From the NCBI GenBank assembly GCA_951406725.2, contig OX597831.1:12524001-12588000 (forward strand): a stretch of 64,000 nucleotides of DNA, given 5' to 3'. The number at the start of each line of letters is the position of its first letter. The stretch's first letter is position 1. The position numbers were made by a program, and so were the translations under genes. Below, one piece after another: positions 52,259 through 64,000 of this stretch. The notes below the pieces were generated by a model that was not told where the DNA came from, searched no databases, and worked only from the letters and a program-made list of their open reading frames with translations. This DNA comes from Octopus vulgaris. Taxonomy: Eukaryota.

Positions 52259-52390
52259 TGTTGTCATCCTAAGGATTTATAAGCTTCAAAAGAACAGGAA
52301 CTCTGTTTTTGGAATTTAAGGCCTGCTTATGGGATTCGAACTCACACAGCTATTAAACATAACAGGCATTGTACCAGGCAACGACAAAAC
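52259..52390 (-). mobile_element. Short tRNA-like insertion with 9-bp direct repeats
   Basis: attgtatgt at 52250-52258 and 52391-52399; minus strand has B-box gagttcgaatccc and ends gacaaca. Confidence 0.5.
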
Positions 52391-52843
52391 ATTGTATGTA
52401 AGTAATAACGATTTCAAATTTTGGCATATGGCCAGTAAATTTGAGGTGGGATGGATGGGGTGGGGGTGAAAGTTAGTTGATTGTATTGACCCAACTGTTT
52501 AACTGGTACTTATTTTATCAACCCTGAAAGGAGGACAGGCAAAGTTGACCTCAGAAGAATTTGAACTCATCAGGTGAAGATAGACAAAATGCTGCTAAGC
52601 ATATGTGCAACAGGATGAATGGATACTAAACAGTTGAAAATATTGTGTTTAAGTAAAATAAAAAGAATGGTTTACAGTTAAAACTGTTTTTCCATCAATA
52701 CTAATAAAAACTCTTGTCACAAATATTCTAATTCACAATCATTTTCAAGTAATTCCATCCATTACAATTAGGCAATGTATTTAAAAAGCATTGCTCACAT
52801 CCACTAATACAATATATTATAGTATACTTCCTCTAAGCACCAA

Positions 52844-52875
<32 letters not shown>

Positions 52876-54024
52876 ACATTAAAAATGACTGACAAAAGAA
52901 CAGGAGTCATGTTATCACTTATTAGCTTACAGCTTTTTCTGTTATAAGGAACTGTGCACCCAGAGTGCCAGTGTGACATCTTAAAGCCCCTGTAAAGCCA
53001 TCTGAATGAAGAATTTTATTTCATAGCGGAAAACATTTAAATATAAAGTTGGGCATATGTATACTTACACATGTGTGTACACATATAAAAACTATAAATT
53101 CACACACACACACAGTTACATATACATAAACACATACTGGTGCCAATATGACTTATTAAGAATAATAAATATATAAATGAAAAATCTTCTTTAATTGACA
53201 TTGCTAAAAATATTCATGAAGTTGTTTTCATTTCTTTAGCAGAAAAGAACCAAACAAAGTAATGATGGTTTTGAGAAAAAACCACAGAAGTTAGAGGCAG
53301 AGGTTTGCATGTATATGTTATATACACATGTATGTATGCATGTATGTATAGATACTAATTCTCAGTGATTTATGTAAATCAGATAGATACATTATGTCTA
53401 TATGATTAGAGAAACAAAATACAAAAAAAGTTATTGCCACAAATTTTATCACTCAAACATTAAAATTAGAAAATAAAATAACACAGCCTTGCTTGATAGG
53501 CGACTGAATGATCTTAGTTATTATGAATATTAATATAGATTAACAAAGAAATAATGTGTAAAAGCATCTTTAGCTATAGACAATGAATTAATATAATGAT
53601 ACATTGATAATTGGACGATAGCAAGAAAACAAAAGCCTGAATACTAATACACTGGTAAAAGATTCTTTCCAATTAGTTATTTGATTTTATTCTAAGGAGC
53701 TAAAATCTAAGAATAGCTAAATTTGAAGATGAAACTATTTAAAGACAGTGATCAGAAATGGTTGAAAACTACTCTTAAAAACCAATACAACAAATATTTT
53801 TGATTGAACATCTTCAGTGATTGCATATCATTCTGAAAAATAACATTAGGAATGATAATGAAGTTGTGCATTAATTGAAAGATACCATCCAGGTTTCTAA
53901 AATAAATAAATAAATCAGTTAAAAAAAATATGCAACAATTATGTGCTTTCATACATGAACTCAAGCTAGTTCCCAGAATTTGTTAAGGTATGCTGAACAA
54001 TTATACATGGCCATCATGATGTCA

Positions 54025-54062
<38 letters not shown>

Positions 54063-55399
54063 ACTTGATGACTAACGATTATAAGTTACAAATTCAAAAT
54101 GTGAAAATATTCTAAATAGGCAGCTGATCTAATAATGTTATTTAATTAGTTAAAAGTTACTTTTAAGGGATTGCATGTGTTTCTTACCTATAGTTTGAAG
54201 TGTCTCTTTGAGCTCTTTTCATCCTATAAAAGCTAACACCTTCATATGCTGTTTCAGAGAGCTTGACACAGTGGCATACATTAAAACCTTTTCAGCTTCC
54301 TCCGTGAACAACTGATGGATGACAGCCTTGCTGTACCCTCATTCAACATTTTAATAACTTGGTTTCATTCTCACAACGAACAACAACCAATCCCTGTTGA
54401 ATAGGACAAACCTACAGTTATTAAAGTACACTTTTATATATGGACATCCCCAATGCAGTGACTTTCTTTATTCTTTCTGTCTTTCATTTAATTCAATATT
54501 AATCCTTGGAAATGTGATTCAGCTGTTGCTTTTTGATATATGTGCAGCTGGTTGTGTGCTCTATGGAAACAGTGTTCAAATAATTTATGTAAGTGGATGT
54601 TTAGAGAGTATATTTATGATTTTCCTTTGGATTTGTTTCATCCAGTACCTGTTGCACCACTATCAGCAACCACATTTACAATCACTTTCAAATCTCAGAA
54701 TGGCTACTGTAACTGAAAAGGATCCTCTTGTTAGAAAGTCCTCCAAATTACCTGTTGTTGTTGTTTAGTCATAGGTAACCTGATAAACTATATATATGAG
54801 AAATGGATATTTGGTTGGGAAAACAGATGGGATTCATAGGCTCGCTCTTTCAAATATTCCATACTTTTACCCAGTGAAACACAGTAAGGTACTTTGAACC
54901 ATGCCAAGTGTTTTATCACTGGTGAAGCATTTTTGTCTTTGGTGATTTTGTATACCACTGAGTTGAGTAGTGGCCACAGCAGAGGAGACTGTCACTGTTC
55001 CTCTTGCACTTATCATTATCAAAGCATAGGGTGCTAAAGAAGTTGATGTTATGCTTAGCTCAGGTCAGGCCTTACTGGGTTGAACTATGGTGAAATACAC
55101 CTATTGATCCGGCTGTTATTTTTGAATGTGTTACTTTTTGTTTATCTGGACTGAGAAGAATAGGGTTCATATTACAAAGCTGCTCTGGGTCTTTCAGAGT
55201 GACTGGACATGTTGTGGCAAGGCCTGTGCATGTTAGAGTTTATTTCAGCAATAAACTATACTATTAATCAAATTCAGATGGACCTGAATATTTTTATTTG
55301 CTTGTGTAATAGCATGTACTGTATTCTGTATGCAAAGTGTGACATTGCAACCCAGGAGGAAGTGAACTAGGAATAAAGTTGAATGGCACAGGTAGGGTT

Positions 55400-55710
55400 C
55401 CTGCTGGTGTGGCTGAAGCCGTCATCTATTATTTACATAAGGCTTATGATCTGTGTGATGTTTGAATATAGCATTATAAACCAATGGTGTGCATTGGAAA
55501 GTGCAATCTGTGGGTTGGTGATATCAACGTGTCTTTCTAGGATTTTTAAAACATAGACAGAAGGAAGCTGGGGCTAGTGTGGTGTTGACTCAGTTGAGAT
55601 TTTGTTAGGTTTTAGAAATGGATTGTTGTTGCCTGTGTAGTGTTAGTAACAATAGTTGGTATGATATTGCTATGTATAATAATTTATTTAGTCATTAGGT
55701 GTTTCTAGTG
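55400..55710 (-). pseudogene. Highly decayed LINE RT fragment (Jockey/I/CR1 group)
   Basis: Minus strand PFLKPNK ... FLLSMF / KILERHV, resembling I.P..K..K...YRPISLL....K.LER. Confidence 0.55.
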
Positions 55711-57861
55711 TGTGTTTTTGACTTTTGCCAGTTAATTACAGGACCTCTAAACCCACTTGACTGGCAAGAAATATCAGCTAAATCACCTTCTTATCACACC
55801 ATGCTCTTCACAATAAGAAGGATGCACTAGATAATGCAGTCATACAGAAGAAAACACATTAGTTATTGCTCAAATATCAGTCAAGCAATGAAAAAAAAAA
55901 AGATCATCATAGAAAAAAAACATAAATCACATAATCAGTAATTGTCTGTTGTCATATTAAGTTTAAGAAATATGAAGAACTAGAGAGCAACGACCACAAA
56001 ACTAAGAAAACAAGCAAAAAAAAACAACAACATATTACTGCATGTTTAAAAAAAAACATAATCTAACATGCAATATTCTTCTTAAAAGGATATTTAACAA
56101 ACAGAAAAACTATGACTTAAAGTAAATAATGTTCATTTTTTTTTTTCTGCCTCTCTTGTGATAATTTTACTGGTGATACTTTCAGCCATTGTCTTAAAGT
56201 GACACTCCTGACATCAACACTTGACTATATGAGATTAAGAGATTAATGATATTGTTTTAGATGGCACCAGAAAGAAAATAGGAAAGTGGAATGTCCTCTA
56301 AAAGAGTTTCGTCTATTTTAGGAAACCTCAACAGAAGAAATTAACAGCGAGAAAGTAAAGATATGATTTATTTTTATCATTGAATGAATAAATCCATGAG
56401 TGTATGCATGCAGGGAGATGCCTTGTACGTATATGCTTTTGTGCAAAATGTACATCTGCAGTTCTAAGGTTAATTTTCTTTAATATAGCAAGTAAATTCA
56501 ATAAAATAAAATTTAAATAATCTGCTCTTGAAGCAAGAAACTATACATTATTATTAGTTGATTATTCAAATTTTAACTGTGATAAGACAAATGAAAGTAT
56601 ACACACACGTATAGATATAATATATTTCTTACATATATATAAGGTTTTGTCTATGTAATTGCTTGAGTTGCAGGAAATAGGAAACTGAATCTTGTTTTTC
56701 AGAACTAGCACCTTAAAAATAAGATACATTTGGTAATGTATTTCTAGGTACACTATTCCTGCAAACAAGACATGGTGATCCATAAATCTGTTTGGTCATG
56801 GATTACTGACATGAATAACACCATATCTCTTTCAATTGATGACGGTTACAAAACAGTCAGTTCAATGGAAAAAATTTAAAATATGGTTATATAGCAAAAA
56901 TATGGACAAATATACATATTTTGTTCACTTGGAACAAGTGAAAAGAGTTAATGTTATTGTCATTCAAACATAAATGACCCTAAGACTGTATTTAATAAAT
57001 AGACATATTTTGTAATTTTAGGTTAGCTATTTTGGAAGCCTGATGCAGCACTAATAAAGTGAATAATCTATTATGGTGTATATCATGCAATGTGTAAAGA
57101 TACAACCTTTGTCTATACAATAAACTCACCAACATTATTAATGATTCCATCAATATTAAAGGGAGTTAATTAGAGATCGATAAACCAAGTACACACTAAT
57201 CTGATACTTCAAAGCTCTTAGTTAAGCAGCGAGTTGGTCTTTATTTTTCAACTCCCAAATGTCATGAATGCTAATAACACACTGCAATAAATTTGAAGGA
57301 TTATATACTCTACCCCTATAAAAGTATTAATTATCATCAATATTGGTTTCAAATTTGAAGGATTCAAGTCACCTAAAATAAATGTCTATGAGTGTGTTGC
57401 TGAGTCTGTTGTCTCCCACCCCACATACACACACACAACCACCACTTGAAAACGAATGTTGGTGTGCTTATGTTCATGTAACATAGCAGTTCAGCAAAAG
57501 ACACCAATAGAATAAGTACTAGGCTTAGAAAAAAAAGTTCTAAGGTCGATTTGCTTGACTAAAACCCTAGTATGGTTGCAGTCAAATGACTGAAACAAGT
57601 AACAGAAAAAAAAAGAACAAATCCAAAATTAAGGTAGAATTATTTGCAGTAATAAGAGGTAAATTCTGATATTTCAACCACAGTTTGTCTTACAAGGAAA
57701 ATGAGACATTTCTTTTTTTTGCAAAGAAGTACTCTCAGATGTCAGACCTCATGTCACGCTACAAAAATGTATCATTTTATGGATATTATTACTTTGTAGA
57801 TTTTTATGACTATAATTCAAAATTAATTTTTCTGGCAGTAAAAAGGTTTATATATATATGT

Positions 57862-58230
57862 ATCATCATCATAATCATCATCGTTTAACGTCCACTTTCC
57901 ATGCTAGCATGGGTTGGATGGTTTGACTAGGGACTGGCAAGCCAGGAGGCTGCACCAGGATCCAATCTGATCTGGCAGTGCTTCTACAGCTGGATGCCCT
58001 TCCTAACACAACCACTGCAAGAATGTAGTGGATGCCTTTCACATGCCACTGGCACGGGAGCCAGTCAAGCGGTACTGGTATCGGCCATGCTTGGATGGTG
58101 CTTTTTACATGCTACTGGCACAAGAGCCAGTCATCATGGTAGGGGGTGCTGGCATCAACCACATTTGGATGGTGCCTTTTATGTGCCACCAGCACAGGAA
58201 GCCAGTCAGGCAGCACTGGCAATGACCCAC
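57862..58230 (-). mobile_element. SINE family C with three internal tandem units
   Basis: Unit atgccactggcac.ggagccagtca...tggatggtgc repeated; explains ORFs 57994 and 58028. Confidence 0.85.
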
Positions 58231-58998
58231 ACATACATGGCGCTTATTGTGAGCCACCATATATATATATATATATATATATTCTATGAAATTACATTCG
58301 AAAATCTATTAAAAAAATGCTAGTCAGCATATTTTGGCTTCAACATTATTTTGTTTATTTCCTATTAGCAATTAAAGAAAACCCACTGACATTACATGAC
58401 CTACAAGAAATAGTAGCCAAATTTTGCTCAAATTTCCACTGTCTTAAAAAAAGGATACATTTGACAATGCAGTACCAGATAAAGAAAAAAACCAAAAGCA
58501 AGATGGTCACAGATGTAATTGCTTTTGATAAGAATTTTTTGAACAAAGGCTAAACAACAACAGTGGTGATGACAATAACAACTACTAAACCTTTACAAAA
58601 TTTTAGTGAGGAAAAGTGCAACATCCAAAAGCTTCTTTACTTTCCTGTCACATTAATTAATCTCCTAGGTTATCTTTGAATTATTATTTATTTTAGTAAC
58701 TATAACGATAAAATTAGAATAATGATTCTTTTTGTTTTAATTCATGAAGTGTATTTAGAACAGTCGGAATCTAAACAATAATATATCCCTTCATTCACAT
58801 TATGCTCTGGCAAATTTGGACATGAATGTGCTTATGCCTGTTGTCTTTCATCATCACAAAATATCATTGATGTAAGGGGACTTCAAGAACCCACAGTGTT
58901 TCGACTGGTTGACAACAGCATGCATTAGCAAATAATTTGTTTGCTGATCTAGGGAAACAAGAGCCAGAACACTTGCTAGATAAATTAGTCCAGGGGTA

Positions 58999-59051
58999 GC
59001 TTTGACTGAGGAGACATACAATAAGGTCAAAACACTCATGTGTCATTAAGC
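58999..59051 (+). ncRNA. Hammerhead-like motif with one core mutation
   Basis: gctttga-CTGAGGA-gac-[10 nt]-gtc-aAAA-CAC-tcat-GTG-TC-attaagc; stems II and III pair, GAAA reads AAAA at a former CpG, stem I partial. Confidence 0.45.
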
Positions 59052-59288
59052 CTCCATAGAGAACTGAATTGCATATGTTAGAAATGTACATTGGAGATGT
59101 TCTCTGATGAAGAAAAACAACAGCGATCAGCCTATACATGTTCAAATCAGCTGCAACATATTGTGAATAGAGACATTATTGTTGTAGTTATATTTAATTT
59201 TCCATAAAAACTACTCTTAATGATAAATAATTAAAACATATCTACTTTCATAACTTTATCAACATGTTTCATACCTTATATTTTAATA

Positions 59289-59695
59289 TACTCTTTACTC
59301 TTTTACTTGTTTCAGTCATTTGACTGCGGCCATGCTGGAGCACTGCCTGTAGTTGAGCAAATCGACCCCAGGACTTATTCTTTGTAAGCCTAGTACTTAT
59401 TCTATCGGTCTATTTGCCAAACCGCTAAGTTACGGGGACGTAAACACACCAGCATTGGTTGTCAAGCGATGTTGGGGGGACAAACATAAGCACACAAACA
59501 CCTACACACATATATATATACATATACATATATACGACGGGCTTCTTTCAGTTTCCGTCTACCAAATCCACTCACAAGGCTTTGGTCGGCCCGAGGCTAT
59601 AGTAGAAGACACTTGCCCAAAGTGCCACGCAGCGGGATTGAATCCGGAACCATGTGGTTGGTAAGCAAGCTACTTACCACACAGCCACTCCTGCC
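59289..59695 (-). mobile_element. SINE family A, youngest-looking full-length copy
   Basis: CpGs largely intact; minus head gcaggagtggctgtgtggtaagtagcttgcttaccaaccacatggttccggattcaatcccgctgcgtggcac; tail gaaacaagtaaaagagtaaagag. Confidence 0.92.
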
Positions 59696-60414
59696 ATTCA
59701 TTTTATATTAACACTAAAATTGTTTACAATAAATTTAAACCTAACATTAGAATAATATTATATAATGTCTTTAATTTTAAATATACATTAAGATTGTTTA
59801 AAATAAAAATTTCAACCTAGCATTAGAATAAAATACTAATAATACAATTACAGTTAATATTATTTCATGTAATTGTCAGAAGGGGGACTAAAAGATAAAG
59901 TAGGAACAATTAAACAAAACTTAATAGAAAATATCTTAACATGATTAGAATAATTACAGTGATGTCTTGAAATAATTATATGGATTTTCATTTATTAAAA
60001 TTTCTTGTCACTATTATGGTATTTTTTTTTTAATACATAATTCCAAAAATACAGATGTGAATTAGCACAAAAAACAAACCAACAAACAAACTGTATTTCA
60101 AAAGAAGCTATTGATTATGTAACATAAAACTTGTATTAGATCATTCTGACTAAGAAACAAATTTGACATTGAATCAAGCAATGATGAACAAAGAAAAAAA
60201 TAGTATGAATAGAGAGTAAAAAAATAAATACAGACTAATTTAAACTCAACAGTAAAGGAACTAAAGGGGAAAGATTTAATCAACAAACCTATGAGTAACA
60301 ACGCATAAATCTCAATGACACAAACCAACAAATTTTTTGAAATAAATTTCTTCCAGAATGAGATAATTACTAATGTTGCATTGCACTGAAACAAAACTAA
60401 GACTTCATTGTTAA

Positions 60415-60423
60415 ATAGTAATG

Positions 60424-60456
<33 letters not shown>

Positions 60457-60502
60457 GTAATAATAATAATAATAATAGCAATAATAATAATAATAATAAT
60501 AA
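60415..60502. repeat. (TAA)n microsatellite
   Basis: Directly visible; gives the poly-L and poly-Y ORFs. Confidence 0.95.
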
Positions 60503-61131
60503 AAAGAACTTTGTAGGAAAGAATCTTTGAACTCTAAAATTTTTGAAGATAATCTTTTTTTTATTAAAAATAGCTTTATGTTTTGAATAAGCAAAAGGTT
60601 ATCTTAAAAGACATTGCTTACACATTATATTGCACAAATGTAATCATTTATACAAGAAGAGTAAATGGAAAATTGTGTTTGTGCAAGAATACACAATCTG
60701 AGCTGCTGTATGTTTTATTTTTCATCTTTAACCTGTTTCAGTCAGTGGACAGTGGCCAAGCTGGGGCACTGCTTTGATGAAGGGTTTAGTTAAACTAATC
60801 AACCCCAGTAATTAACTTTTTTTAAAGTCTGGTACTCATTCAATTGGTCACTTCTGCCAGACTGCTAAGTTATGGGAGACCATTAAACAAACCAACATTG
60901 TCAAGTTCTGGAGACAAACACACACACACGGCAGGTTTCCACACATTTTCTCTCTTCCATATTCACTCACAAGGCATTGGTTAACCCAGAGTTATAGTAG
61001 AAAATACTTGGCCAAAGTGCAGTACAGAGGCCCTCAGAGAAGATTGTTATAGTTGATACTTAGACTGAACATTTGTAAGTTAACAACCACAAGGTGACAG
61101 AGATATTGTCTTTTCTTTCTGCTTATTCTAT

Positions 61132-61167
<36 letters not shown>

Positions 61168-62156
61168 TGGGCTAGCAAATTGCATACCATCTCCACCAAA
61201 GCTTCTTAAAATATCCATTTCTCCTCCTCTCATCACTTATTCTGTGTCGTGTTTTCCTAGATTTTCTTAAATTTTTATCCTCACTTTTAACCTAAAACCT
61301 AGGGATTCACCACCAAGAATTTTCCCCTTACACACACTCACACACATTCCTGCACACATTGCCTTGTAGGATGTTCAAGCTGAATATCAAATGTATCAAT
61401 CTCAACAAATCTGGAGAACCAGAAAAGGTTATAAGCACTTCACTGTGTTCCTACTTTACAAATATATATAATAAGGCATGGAGAGGTTTTACCTCTATAG
61501 AGTTACTCAGACTACTAGAATTAGTAGCCACATTTCCCTGAGATCATACCTGACCATCTTAAACAAAGAAAAAGAAAAAGCAAAGACACTTTCTGTTTTA
61601 TGAACATTGACTTGCAATGCTACTCAGAAAAAAATAAATGAGTACTGGATTTGATTTGTTTGACTAAACTCTTACAGGTGGTGCCCCAGTATGGCCACTG
61701 TGCAATTGAAACAAGTGAAAACTAAAAGATAGGCATATGTCTTAGTGAAATATATTTGTGAAAGAACCACTGTTATTTCTTATCAGTCACTTTACTCAGC
61801 CTGTCTTTCAAGAAAGAGACTGATTGTCGAAATTGACCAAATACAATATTGTTGGTATTCTGTCTTGCATGGAGAAATATTGCTTAGCAACAAGTAAAGT
61901 ATTTTTGTATTTTTAATTTAAATTTGTTAAATGATAACTGAAATACAAGAAATGTAGATAGAAAGAATGTGTTTCAATCAGATTTTACTTGATGGAAACA
62001 TATTACAGTGGAAAGATGATGACTTCTGTGAAATGTTCATGGAAACAAACTAAAATTATTTTTAAAATGTAATGTTTCTTTTCCACTGTTAAAGGTAAAC
62101 ATAATAATTATATAACCTGGCAGAAAAAAAAAACAAAAACAAACATGATGGATAAT

Positions 62157-62373
62157 CTTTTCTACTCTAGGCACAAGGTTCAAAATTTTGGGGGAGGACT
62201 CCAGTCAATTAGCTCAATCCCAGTATGCAACTGGTACTTAATTTATTGACTCCGAAAGGATGAAAGACAAAGTTGACCCCAGTGAAATTTGAACTCAGAA
62301 CATAGAGACAGATGAAATACTGCTAAGCATTTTGCCTGGTGTGCTAACACTTCTGCCAGCTTTCTACCTTAGA
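62157..62373 (-). mobile_element. SINE family B with 16-bp TSD, inserted into a family E repeat
   Basis: TSD aaacatgatggataat at 62141-62156 and 62374-62389. Confidence 0.9.
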
Positions 62374-63545
62374 AAACATGATGGATAATGTAGTTCATAT
62401 ATGTATATATGTTATGTCTAAATAAAAGAAGGTATGGTCACAGCTGGCAAAATATTGTAGATAGATCTGCTTAATGAAAGATAACCTGGGGCTAAACAAC
62501 AAGAGAGAGAGGAGAGAGAGGAGAAAGAGAAAATGATATCAGTTAAGACCTATAAAATAATATTAACTGTAATTTTGTTTTGACTGTCCACAAAATTAGA
62601 AGCCTAAACAAATGAATGTATTTAAAGATGAAATTTTACAAGATTTAAAACTTAGCAGACAAAATATTTAGAGAAAAGAATTAAAGAAAACTTTCAATTT
62701 GTCATCAACACTCTCATAATTCATTAACATGGTTTAATCAAATTTTAAAATGTCTGAGATGATTTGTTTTTAAGAAGATTAAAATTTTTCAGGTTATTAA
62801 CTTTTTTTCAGCATTTACATAGGCAATATAAAACAAGTGTAACTGCTGGAAAATCTTTCAACTGCAACAGACCAAAAAATTATAATCTCATGACTTAACA
62901 AATAATAATCTAAACAGATCTTTAAAATTTACAAAATGAAAGAATAAATAATACATTAGTTCTCAGTAAGCAAGAATAAATAGGAAAAAAAAATGGGAAT
63001 TATAATTTGGCTAATGTATAGAAATTGATAACGTTTAAGTTATATTATCAATCAAAATATTAATTTATGGGCTTTTATTCTTTTACTTGCTTCACTCATT
63101 GGACTACAGCCACAATGGGAAACTAGTTTGAAAGGTTTTTAGTTGTTCATGTCAATAGCAGCAGTACTTCTTTCAGTCTAAAAGTTTATTTATTTATTTA
63201 TATACAAATCCCTGTTCATTGAGTGGCTAAATTATAACACATAAAAGAACATAGCATAAATAAAATACCAGTGCAAATAGAAACACAAGAACATACATGT
63301 ATATGTATATGCTGGTTTTAGAATAGCTATACCAAGTCTATGCTGTTAGATCTGGACCTCCATTCCCCTATTCTGAAATAGTAACACTGTGTCTTCACTA
63401 TGAATAAAAAAAAGTTGGCAACAGGAAGAGCATCAGAAAACTCAGCCAACATATGCCTGCAAGAAACAGTGGATATCGTAAAGCTACGATGGCAATGATG
63501 TATATGTGAATTTGTTGTATTGAAAATGTTGCAATAATAAATGAA

Positions 63546-63780
63546 GTGGTATCTAGACATAAACATCCAATATATATCAGGTATAGGGATGATATGTCCA
63601 TTGTAATGGACACACTGAAAAATACTGAGAAATTAATTGAAGACTTAGAAAACAACTCAATATTAAGATTCAATATCAAGAACAGTAAAAATAATACATC
63701 TTTTAGCAATACAACGATTCCATTTCTAGACATAGATATTCACAGATTCATCCACATCTATTTACACTAAGGACAAAAAT
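63546..63780 (+). pseudogene. Penelope-like element reverse transcriptase fragment
   Basis: YIRYRDD (Y.RYVDD catalytic motif), LRFNI.., IPFLDIDI (LPFLDV motif), then TSIYTK in another frame (T.VYRK motif); ends next to (TG)/(TA)n. Confidence 0.8.
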
Positions 63781-63788
63781 AAATGTGT

Positions 63789-63849
<61 letters not shown>

Positions 63850-64000
63850 GTGTGTGTAATAGATACAGTTATAGTTGAGTGATTGTGAAGTTAACTTTAT
63901 AAGGACATGGTTTTGGGTTCTGTCCACTGTGCTGCACCCTTGCCAAGTGTCTTCCACCATCGTTCTGGACTGACTAAATGTATGAAGGAAGAACAGAATG

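Noticed and set aside
57994-58323. Repetitive ORFs and a spaced-repeat pattern superficially like a CRISPR array
   Set aside because: Internal tandem units of SINE C; no unique spacers, no cas genes, eukaryotic context
59353-59664. 103-aa ORF resembling ORFs at 4560, 2941 and 34071
   Set aside because: Antisense reading of SINE family A; recurrence reflects the repeat, not a gene family

Overview
AT-rich, microsatellite-dense eukaryotic (animal) DNA with no recognisable intact host protein-coding gene; it looks like a large intron or intergenic interval. The interspersed repeats resemble those I associate with octopus (coleoid cephalopod) genomes; this is an inference from recalled SINE sequences, not a database result. 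Content: (i) dozens of SINE/SINE-like copies from about five modular families, here labelled A-E; (ii) DNA transposon relics: a full-length but dead Tc1/mariner (1677-2914), a fold-back mariner derivative (45880-46759), a hAT MITE with an 8-bp TSD, a Tc1-type MITE and TTAA/piggyBac-type MITEs; (iii) decayed RTE, CR1-like and other LINE fragments and a Penelope-like RT fragment; (iv) many (TA)n, (CA)n, (TAA)n and (TATG)n repeats, which explain most ORFs in the track. The most interesting signal is a set of sequence-unrelated, minimal type-I hammerhead-ribozyme-like motifs (CTGANGA...GAAAC-loop-GTH). Several have unusually long stem-II inserts and lie in (TA)n-embedded or fold-back Penelope-like remnants, including a ~385-nt hairpin carrying one motif on each strand. 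Repeat boundaries are approximate except where TIRs or TSDs are quoted.
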